64,000 nucleotides of DNA from assembly GCA_951406725.2 (NCBI GenBank), contig OX597831.1, forward strand, positions 9,920,001 to 9,984,000, given 5' to 3'. Position 1 is the first letter of the stretch. The number at the start of each line of letters is the position of its first letter. The notes beneath the pieces were generated by a model. That model saw only the letters and a program-made list of their open reading frames with translations. It had not been told where the DNA came from and ran no database searches. Positions 53,839-64,000 of this stretch are shown piece after piece. The stretch comes from Octopus vulgaris. Lineage: Eukaryota. Made by a program: the position numbers and the translations under genes.

Positions 53839-53852
53839 TTATTATTATTATT
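53665..53852. repeat. (ATT)n-(GTT)n-(CTT)n compound microsatellite, tail or target of the adjacent R4 element
   Basis: In-register trinucleotide blocks. Confidence 0.97.
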
Positions 53853-55056
53853 CCTTCGTAACACTGTGTAGGTAAAAATGCGCCGGAGACTGTAGTCATC
53901 TCTCAAGTCGCAGCAAGGACTCCAGATAGATAATACTTTCCTTAAGATGTGCGCTGTGCCCAATAAGGCTGCTTTTCCCAAGACATCAATCTTGCATGGG
54001 ATTTCCAGTAGCCTTAACACGTCTTGAAATTTCAATGGGATTGAGCCCAACAGCCCGATCCCCACTGGTGTCACTTTCACATTACCCTCTTGCATTCCAT
54101 ACAGTCTGTTTAATTCGGAATACTTGATGATTTTATTCAACCTCTTTACTCATAACGTTCATGTCATTTGCTATGACAACGTCAATGATCTGACAGTATT
54201 TGTCTCTCTTATTCAAAACTAGCAGTATCGCCCGGCGTTGCTCAGGTTTGTAAGGGAAATAACTATAAAGCGTTTTTAGAGAGTTATAGCCAAAAAATAG
54301 CAAAAAAATGGAAAAAAATGATGGTAATTTTTTTTTTAGTTAAAAAAGGTGGAGTTGCGTCCCCTAGACAGTTTGCGGTTCGTTTTTATGATTCTCGACC
54401 CCATGTCGAATTTATCGATTTTTTTCAGAACTGGGGGAACTTTTCAAAATTTTCGCTGCGTTAGTTTTGAATTATGACATTGGGCTATGTGTGTGTCAAG
54501 TTTCATCAGAATCGGTTGAAAGCCGTGGTCAGGGTGAGGGTACAACCTGACAGACACACAGAAACACGCAGAGACAAACTGCCGTTTATATAGAGAGAGA
54601 TGACAATATCCGGTCGACGGTTTTCGATTGCATGATCCGTCTGAAAATCATAGTCCCAGAGTATCGTTACTTTTCTATCTTCCTGCATAACTTTACTTGG
54701 TACATGCTCATACCAGTTCTCTGTTACTTCATATTGGTATTTACGACATAAGAGCCAATGAAGATACCCACACATTTTATGGTGGCGGCGTTTGTATTCT
54801 TTTTCTGCAAGGCTCTCACATCCACATTTACCACATTTTTCCCACAGAGTCTGCATTCCTGGGTGTCGGGAGTTTCATAGATATTATACTCCACTGAATT
54901 GGTAGCGAGAGCCTGGTCTTGAGCAGCAATGATAAGGCTTTCGGTGGTACGCTTCAAATCACCTCACTCAAGCTATACCCACGGTGCTGTATCATCCTTA
55001 ACATCTTTTGTATTCCTTTCAAACAGTCCATGCATTCTCATTCCAAGAAGCTATTC

Positions 55057-55057
<1 letters not shown>
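53853..55057 (-). mobile_element. 5'-truncated R4/Dong-like LINE (family 3): CCHC region plus REL endonuclease, pseudogenised
   Basis: Frameshifted translation MHGLF...LKRTTESLIIAAQDQAL...CRLCG...EYKRRH...ILWDYDFQTDHAIENRRPDIVILNK..CQIIDV...KIIKYSEL...ALLGTAHILRKVL. (AAT)n at both ends. Confidence 0.93.
54219..54600 (-). mobile_element. Non-autonomous Helitron (382 bp)
   Basis: Minus strand starts TC and ends CTAG after a GC-rich hairpin (CCTGAGC-AAC-GCCGGG). Inserted between A and T with no TSD. Removing it restores the R4 frame PDIVILNKRDK exactly. Confidence 0.9.
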
Positions 55058-55087
<30 letters not shown>

Positions 55088-55204
55088 CAAAAGCAACAGA
55101 GTGGCACATGCGCCCGAGTTTCGTGCATTACAACTTGTCAAAAAACTGATAAGTGCTAACGTACGGAATCCTCAGTCTTTCTGTAATACTCTTACTTCTA
55201 GTCG

Positions 55205-55257
<53 letters not shown>

Positions 55258-55344
55258 AATAATAATAATATATATGTATGTATATTTGTAAATATATATA
55301 AATATATATATACTTGTATATATACATATACATCTATGTATACT

Positions 55345-55417
<73 letters not shown>

Positions 55418-56149
55418 TTATATATATATAGCTAATTATACGTCTATATATATATATGTGTGTATGTGTGTTTGTTGTGTGCGCATGAGCGTATACGCAG
55501 TGAATGTATGCTCATGTACATATAATGGCTGTATATAAACTTAAATGCAATACACAGCAAATAACCATGCTTGTATATACGCAAACCCGTGTTTCTGTGT
55601 GCTCTTGTGTGTTTCTGTCTGCTTTTGTGTGAATATGCGTGCGTGTCACATCATTTCGTGACATAGAAGATTCGTGCCACAAGTACTTCGTGTCGTTAAG
55701 ATAAAAAGAACTTTAATTTAAGCACAATGAGAAGGGGTGAAAAGTGTGAAGATTAAAAAGAGAAATGACGATTACTTAAGAGTTATACATTGATACTCGA
55801 ATAATCATTATTATTTTTGTGAGGACAAATGCCCCAAAAAGACAACAAACATAATTAATTTTTTTGTGACTGATATAAAATATTTGAATCTATTATGATT
55901 TTCTGAAAATTTCGGATTTTAAGATATGTTTCCGTGAAGTATACGGTTTTGAAATAATATTTACGAAGGTGGACAGTCAACGTTGCTTGTTGATGGTCAT
56001 AGATGACATCCTTCTTTCTCCATAGCAGAAGATAATACTGTACAATTTCATATGAAAATCTACAACTACATAATTGCATTTTGAAGATATCTGTTTGTGT
56101 TCAGCAAATGTTTTGCATAATTTTAAATGTTGTTATAGGCATATTCATC

Positions 56150-56612
<463 letters not shown>

Positions 56613-57310
56613 AAAATTGTAAAACAAATATGGTTGACATGTTTTAGAAGTATTATTCGATTAAGGGCACTTGGAGTTGCAGTATAATTGTATGAAGGTT
56701 CGTAACGTTGATCTTCAATATTATTTCAAGAGTTTTCCTACCGGTGAAGAGAAATGGAATTTAAGATGATCGTACATCGCATAAAGAGCAATCACTGGAT
56801 TTATGAGTTATAGAATCTCCTCCTCACTTTTAATCAATAATGTCAAAATCAGTTCATTCTGTGAATGAACTGATGTCTTTTTGTGTGTCGTTTTTTTTTT
56901 CTTTTCTGAATGTGTGATGATAATTAAAAATCTCAATGCATTAAAAACTACGAGTGATCAACGTTGTATGACTGCATTTAAGATTATAATGCGCAGCATT
57001 AAACGGAAACGCCGAGGAAAATTATCAAGTACAGATTCCTTTTCACCACATCAACGCAGCAGCTCATAGCACCACCGTTTCTGCAGTGAATCCATTCATC
57101 AAAATCACGTCACAATTCTTCCGTAGCAGTGCTACCATCTTCACCTTGCTCTCTGCAATTATCACCTCTTTTTCTCAGCTGAGCAAAAGTTTAAAGTGTG
57201 ACCGTCGTTAAAGCAACGCAAAATCTTCAAAAAAATCTTTCGAAACCGCCAGAAAACTTATCATTTTCAACACGAGTATTATATTTGTTGCTGTTGCTGT
57301 TACTACCATT

Positions 57311-57768
57311 AAGTGAGAGAGCGGTGCATGGCATTAATGTGACACTGGCATAAAATATACGAAGCCTAATATACCCATCATGACTACCCGTCTGATAAGG
57401 ATGTACCAGATACAAGTATCACAACCACATGTGCGCGACATAGTGATCTCATATCAAGACTAACAACGCATGGCCTTGCATTTGAAGCCCATTTCGAATT
57501 TTCTTCAGTTCGAGTAGCTGATACCTCTCAAAGGTTCCTGAATAAGGGTTGTTTAAAGATGATGAACGAAACACACGTTTCCAAAGGTGAATTATTCAAA
57601 CGCCAAATAATCCCTCTCCATACATGGCTATTACGCTCCCCCACTACTTCTGCTCGTGATCAGAGATGCACATATCGTCAGGCACTAAGGGACATGCTCA
57701 ACTGGTTAAGGTCAAAGAACTGGCAAGCAAACTGTGGTAGTGAGCAAAATATTTGCTGTAGGCCATCT
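57311..57768 (-). mobile_element. Second copy of the (AAT)-tailed retroposon
   Basis: Reverse complement of about 1930-2393 (e.g. CTCCCCCACTACTTCTGCTCGTGATCAGAGATGCACATATCGTCAG). Confidence 0.88.
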
Positions 57769-58542
57769 GTAGCCCAAATTTGGCACAAGGCCAGTAATTT
57801 CGATCGAAAGGTAAATGGATTCAATCGATCATTCAATCGATTCAATCGATCATTAAATGGATTCATTAAGATGAAAGACAAATCGACTTCGGCGTAATTT
57901 GTCGCTAAGGTTTTTGCTCGGTTTGCTAACGATTCCGCCCTCCGACGGCCTTTGTCCAACTTTTAATATTTAAGTATAATTAAGTGTGTGGAATGTAAAA
58001 AATCCAAAGAGTGGCAGATGAACGACTGAATTTTCGTCTTGTAGATATTTAGATTCTGAATGAATTCAAATTTTTGCGATGTGAATGATGCTTGCCTTCA
58101 ATTCGTGGTCCATAAAATGAAGAAATTGTTAAGAAATCTGCTCGGTATAATCGGCTTACGCTACCATTATGGTTGTCGGCCTAGGGCCCATAATGGAGAG
58201 AATCATTAATCTACAATCGATCAGATACTGGTATCTAATAAGAAAACACAATTCGTTATATCTTTTCCCAAAATATCTGCAGAAAATTTAGAAGACAATA
58301 TTTATTCTAAATAATTTTTTTAAAAATAGATTTAACATGAATGAAGATTAAATAACAATATTTGTTAAGATATGATTGTTATTTGATACTTTCATCTAAT
58401 TTAGCCTCTTAACTCATAGCATGCAAATGATAACGTTGATGGCAATAACAATATTTTTTTCCAATATGGAGAGAATTCATTTAATATAAATATATTAAAT
58501 TTCTGGTTGTAAAATTAAATTGAAAAAGCATTGTTATTATTG

Positions 58543-58597
<55 letters not shown>

Positions 58598-59329
58598 CAT
58601 CATTATAACCCATTGTTAGTGTTGTGGATATTGTTCGTGCTATATTGTTCTACAACACCATTTGGAAAACAAACAAAAAAATACTTCTTAAGTTCTACAG
58701 TAATTATTATAATTATTATTCTGTAGAATTATCCTGATTTTTTTACTTTGGAAAGAAGACTATTTTATTCATGACTTATAAGTTTCTGTCTCTTCAATAC
58801 CAGAAATTAAATTAGAATCACAGGTAATAAAATAACAGCAGGAATTTTGGTGGCAAAAGTCCATTTGTTTCATTTCCTCTTTCGCCTTTTATTTGTTTGA
58901 AGTAAACAATTAAATAAAAGTTTAAAGCAATAAATAAAAATAAATAAATAAGATGTTTCATTATTAACTAAAACCATTCATTTTTCTGAATTCAATCTTT
59001 CAAAGAATAAAAGCGCCATAATGATGCGACACATATCCAATAGTTAATCGGATCTTTGGAAGAACTGTAAAATGAATTACTTTCTAACGTCTTCGGAACA
59101 AATATTTGTCTATTTTGATGCTTTTTTTTTTATTTGCGTGTAACAAGAACACATATACTCCATTGAACTATTCAGAAGTGCATGTGGAGAAGACCTTGCT
59201 AAGTAAGGCAACCCAAAGGTCTTACACTATATGTGAGTGTATATACATCGATATACATGCATAATATTATATACATATATTATACATATATATTATAAGT
59301 ATATATATATATATATATATGTGTGTGTG

Positions 59330-60195
59330 GTGTATGTGTGTGTATGTGTGTGTGTGTGTGTGTGTGTGTCTGTGTGTGTCTGTGCGTGCGTGTGTGTTTG
59401 TATCACCCTCTCAACATCGCCTGACAGCCGATGCTGGTGCATTTACATCCCCGAAACTTAACGGTTCAGCAAAAGTGTCCAATAGAAAAAGTACTAGTCT
59501 TACGAAGAACATGTCCTGGTGTCGAAAGAAAAATGGCAACGCTATTCAAAACAAGATTTGTTTTTCTAGCTCGGAGCTGCGCAAACCAATAAGGAGAGTA
59601 CAGGAGGCGGTCGAAAAAGCCAGCTTCTATTATATGGCTGAATCGAGAAGACCAAAAATGGCTTGAAAGTTATAAACATGCCGGCGGAAAATAACATCAG
59701 TAGGTGAGACAAGCTGACACTGAATTAACTTCTCTGATTGACAGGTGACGGTCGTTTAGAGATGCGTGGGCTAAGACTACGCGCCTTCATTGGTCAGTTA
59801 AAGTCGAGGCAGTATCACGTGACAACTTGCTGGGGCTGCCTGCTGGAGTCTTGCAGCAGATATTTTAAGGGAAAAAAATTTAACAATCTAGTAAGTCGCC
59901 CGCTGACAGTCGTTGACACTATATCGAATAGGCCAGGGAAGAGAAGAAAGAAGACATGCACCCAACACCAGAGCTGAAGACACCTCCGAAACGGGGGGCC
60001 CCGCCATGTCAAAACGGTGGAGGAGTAGAGGCCGAATCCGGACGTGGCTCCTCCTGATGATGTCTTGAGCTAACTGGATCCTATAAAGGAGCTGTTGTGG
60101 TAGCAGACCACGAAACACGGTTGAAATTCCTGACTAAAGTCGGGGCGCTCCAGCATGGCCGCACTGAAGTGACTGAAAGGTATAAAAGAATGAGA
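59330..60195 (+). mobile_element. 3' half of a family C SINE split by a LINE insertion
   Basis: The SINE sequence stops at ...CCTGGTGTCGA (59525) and resumes at ...GACTAAAGTCGGGGCGCTCCAGCATGGCCGCA (about 60130). Confidence 0.8.
59528..60119 (+). mobile_element. 5'-truncated HERO-like (REL-type) non-LTR retrotransposon 3' end
   Basis: Frameshifted translation LRKPIRRVQEAVEKASFY/IWLNREDQKW resembles the HERO C-terminus (EAAEKAS.W.W.KR). GC-rich 3' UTR; possible TSD GTCGAAA/GTTGAAA. Confidence 0.65.
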
Positions 60196-60271
60196 GAACA
60201 GTAGAATGTATGTGTATACAAATTCGCAAATGGCAGAGGAATAGTTTAATGAAAATTCATTTTACAATAAC

Positions 60272-60477
60272 GAAAATTCAGTTTCACGACAAATTGTGTG
60301 GGAACTTAAAGACATGTAATTCATGTGCAGGTACCAACCACTTAACCCGAGAAATGTAATTCGCATTTTAAATACGTTAGATAACCTTTTCTTTTACAAT
60401 CAAACAAACGCAAATATAACATGAAATATTTTCACGTTTGTAAGTGATGAAACCATTTGTCGTGAAACTGTATTTTC
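60272..60477. mobile_element. MITE-like element with 23-bp inverted termini
   Basis: GAAAATTCAGTTTCACGACAAAT (60272-60294) versus ATTTGTCGTGAAACTGTATTTTC (60455-60477), one mismatch. Confidence 0.55.
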
Positions 60478-61305
60478 TTAGAATTAAATAAAACTTCTGG
60501 AAACACTCCTTGTTCTTTTCCCTTGTATCATAAATTCTATATCTTTTGTAGAATAATACATTTAGGAGCTGTGTTTTTTAAGAGTGCTACCTTATTACTT
60601 GAATACATGTATGGCGACTTAAATATATATATGTAGCTCTATATTGATGTGCTTTTATATATATTTCATTTCAACAAATGAATTTTGGGTGTTAGGGAAT
60701 ACATTCAGCACATGTCTACAGTTGTTACAGCTTACCTAAATTGCCGTAAGGTAGGATCACGCGGAGAGTCACGAAGTTTGAAGAATAAAAAATTTAAACA
60801 GCACAACAATATTTCTCCTTAGAATTTCCAATTGGCAGGTGAAAACTGTAACAGAATGTGAATTTTCTGCTAGAAGGTATAAACGCAGGTGCATACCATG
60901 TTACCTGAGAGCTGTAATTCGTATTTTTAGAGATGTTAGTTAGCCTTGTTTTTACAACCAAAGAAATGCAAAATATAAGATTCTCATTATTAAATAACTA
61001 AGAAAATCCAAATATAATTCTATTGGAATAATCGTATTTTCAAAAGCAAAATGTCATAAAAATCAAAAGAAAAGATTTTTCGTGTAATTATTTAATGAAA
61101 TGTGAAAAAACACAAATTAAATCTTTTATGCATGCAATTACCCTATTTCTAAGAATTATTTTTCTCTGATGATAATAATAAACCGAATAATAAAAGTAAT
61201 CTTGAAGTTTTCTCCTTTATTTTGCGGATAGCAATACCCGACCTTGTGCTTAATAAGGAACTGTTTATTCTGTAATCGGAAATGCAGTTATAACACCTGA
61301 ATATA

Positions 61306-61375
<70 letters not shown>

Positions 61376-61529
61376 GGAATATATGTGCTTGTATTATAAG
61401 GTTTATGCCTATATGTATACGTATACATATATGCATACGAACTAACATATATACATGCACAAACACATACAAATTATGGCCGAACATATATGTGTACACA
61501 CACACACACACACAAATACACACACACAT

Positions 61530-61566
<37 letters not shown>

Positions 61567-61878
61567 CTTATAGATAGATAGAAAGAAAGACAGACAGATA
61601 CGTAGAGAGAGATTGATATTGATATAAATATAGATTCCATCTTTCACGAATAACCGTATTCCAGTTGATCCGATAAACGGAATATCTTGCTGCTGCCCAT
61701 CCACCTGCTCACGACGATGATGATGACGGTGCTGCTGTTGCTAATGATACTGATGCTGCTGCTGATGTTGATGATGTTAATAAGGATGATGACACTGATG
61801 ATGATGATGATGGTGATGGCGTTCGTGTTTGAGATGGTACTGGCGATGCATACGTATTGCCATTATTTGTTGATTGTG

Positions 61879-62092
61879 AAAGGTGCTGAGCTGGCAGCGT
61901 CGTTAGCATCGCCGGACAAAATGCCTAGCGTTACTTCGTCCGTTGCTACATTCTGTATTCAAATTCTGCCAAGGTCGAATTTGCCTTTCGTCACTTCCGG
62001 GTCGATGAAATAGGTACCAGTGGAACCAGTCATGTAATCGACTAACCCCTTGCCCCCAAATTACACGTCTTGTGCCTTCAGTAAAAAGGATT
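61879..62092 (+). mobile_element. Diverged family M SINE, tail B
   Basis: AAGGTGCTGAGCTGGCAG...TTCAAATTCTGCCAAGGTCG...GGGTCGATGAAATAGGTACCAG. Confidence 0.8.
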
Positions 62093-62172
62093 ATTTCTTG
62101 TCATTGAATGGAAGCTTTAACCGTCACCATCCATCGGTAAGTCCCAAAATATTGCAATGAAAATCTACTTAC

Positions 62173-62401
62173 CTGATCTCTCGAAAATAACAGCCAAATG
62201 CCCCTCAGCGTGCCCCTTACTTACTTCAAGATAACGCGCTGCTGAAAAACACCAAGTCCCTAAATGAGACGAGATGAGCTCCAGTGGAACATTGGCTTCT
62301 ACTTTTGATCGACCATGAACCCTCTTTAGTTTGAACAGCAACAGCTTCAACACCATTATCAAATACAAAATTATATCAACAACACCCACCTTGTTCGCCA
62401 T
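62173..62401 (-). CDS. Candidate first coding exon of a secreted or type I membrane protein (signal peptide)
   Basis: ATG in strong context (AAGATGG), hydrophobic N-terminus MANKVGVVDIILYLIMVLKLLLF, 76 open codons, consensus donor CAG|GTAAGT (phase 1), and an upstream acceptor ttgtttctgcag near 62459. Confidence 0.62.
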
Positions 62402-62507
62402 CTTGTTATAATGGTTTCATTTACGCAGCAGCTTTTTGTGAATGAGTGAAATTTTCTGCTGCAGAAACAACATCTATTGCTGTAAATCGGTGACTGTAAT
62501 AGTCGTG

Positions 62508-62870
62508 GTCTTCTTCTTCTTCTTCTTTTTCTTCTTCTCCTCCTTCTTCTTCTTCTTCTTCTCCTTCTCCTTCTTCTTCTTCTTCTTCTTCTTCTCCTCC
62601 TCCTTCTTCTTCTCCTTCTTCTTCTTCTTCTTCTTCTTCTTCTTCTTCCCCTCTCCTTCTTCGTTTCCTCCTTCTTCTTCTTCTTCTTTTTCCTCTTCTT
62701 CTTCTTCTACTTCTTCTTATTCCTCTTCTCCTTCTTCTCCTTCTTCTTCTTCTTCTTCTTCTTCTTCTTCTTCTTCTCCTCCTCCTTCTTCTTCTTCTTC
62801 TTCTTCTTCTTCTTTCTTCTTAATCTTCTTAATCTTCTTTCTTCTTAATCTTCTTCTTCTTCTTCTTCTT

Positions 62871-62900
<30 letters not shown>
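62508..62900. repeat. (TTC/CTC)n polypyrimidine microsatellite
   Basis: About 390 bp of almost pure C/T. Confidence 0.97.
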
Positions 62901-62901
<1 letters not shown>

Positions 62902-64000
62902 GTAGTTGTATTAACAGATGTTGTCGGTGATAAAGGTGGCCATGGTGGTGGTCATAACGGTGGTGATGTTTATCGTGTTTGTGGTGGCAATAATAATCAT
63001 GCTTATAGTGTTGGCGATGAGGGTGTTAGTTAAGGTCGATGATAGCTTTGTTGTTTTATTCTTGTGGTTTAACTCTTGGTCAGTCTTGACGATGCAAACT
63101 TATGTATACACACGCTTCGTATGTTACAGGCCGATGGGTTTGTATAGCCCAATCTACATAATAAAAAGGTCAGGGTGTCTAAATATGCCATAAAAAAAGC
63201 ATATATGATAGTTATATGATATTTAAAGTCGCCATTAAACTATGAATCATTACCAAGTCCTGACATCTTTTCACAGTTGCCTTTACTTTACATTCAATAA
63301 ATTCGAGAATATACTGTAAGCTGCAATCATATAAACATTAACTTATATAAATATACAATAATTGCTTCTAAATAATCAAATATTATAGTCTTTCGAATTG
63401 ATACTGCCTATATGGTTCAAGTTAATGAAAATTATTTAAAAGATAACTTCATCGATTAATATACAGTGTAAGCTATAAAACATGATATAATTTGATACCG
63501 TTGGTTACTTTAAATGAAAGATAACTTATATTAATAAATACCTTATTATCCGAGATGTCTTACAATTTTAAAACAAATTAAAGTCCGCCAATTAAATTGA
63601 GAATTAAATAAATATTTTATGTATTGGAGAGAAAATAATTACAAACTAAGAGGTAACATAAATAAAAATGATGTATAAAGACATTCATATATTGGAGAAC
63701 GTATTAGGAGAGTAGAAATAGGATGTAGTAATTGATATTGGAAAATAGAAAGCATTGAAAAGAATCAGTGAAAATAAAGGAGTTACACGGCTTGGAGATT
63801 ATTAATATTATTTTTGAGAATAAGGTGTTAATCATTTTCCTAATTGATTTTCAGATAATACCAACTGGGGAGGTAAATTGATAATATTTATTCAATATCT
63901 TAATTGAAAATAAAACATGAGTTATCAGCAAACTTTAGAGGAGAATTCTTATCAAATACCGGGTTCTGTTCTAAAAGAGATTATGAATTATCTTCCACTC

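Noticed and set aside
59973-59992. CTGAAGA-CACCTCC-GAAAC
   Set aside because: Stem II cannot close (C..C), and CCTCC pairs instead with the downstream G run.

Overview
AT-rich, microsatellite-dense eukaryotic DNA. The repeat families and density suggest a cephalopod (Octopus-like) genome; this is inference. Almost all ORFs in the supplied track are translations of simple repeats. The window contains: (1) many tRNA-derived SINEs from several families, several with clear target-site duplications; (2) 5'-truncated non-LTR retrotransposons: RTE-like, three R4/Dong-like families next to (AAT)n tracts, and a HERO-like fragment; (3) a non-autonomous Helitron inserted precisely into an R4 endonuclease motif; (4) several inverted-repeat elements; (5) a hand-built candidate gene on the minus strand with 4-5 small, phase-compatible exons over about 57 kb, encoding a signal-peptide protein with a possible ANF-receptor/LIVBP-like ectodomain. 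The most notable observation is at least seven minimal type I hammerhead-ribozyme-like motifs in about five short Penelope-like/retrozyme-like repeat families. They share one architecture (an extra base before stem II, a palindromic stem III) but differ in the catalytic core, including an apparent C3:G8 to G3:C8 swap and a U3:A8-type core. All calls were made by eye, with no alignment, folding or database search.
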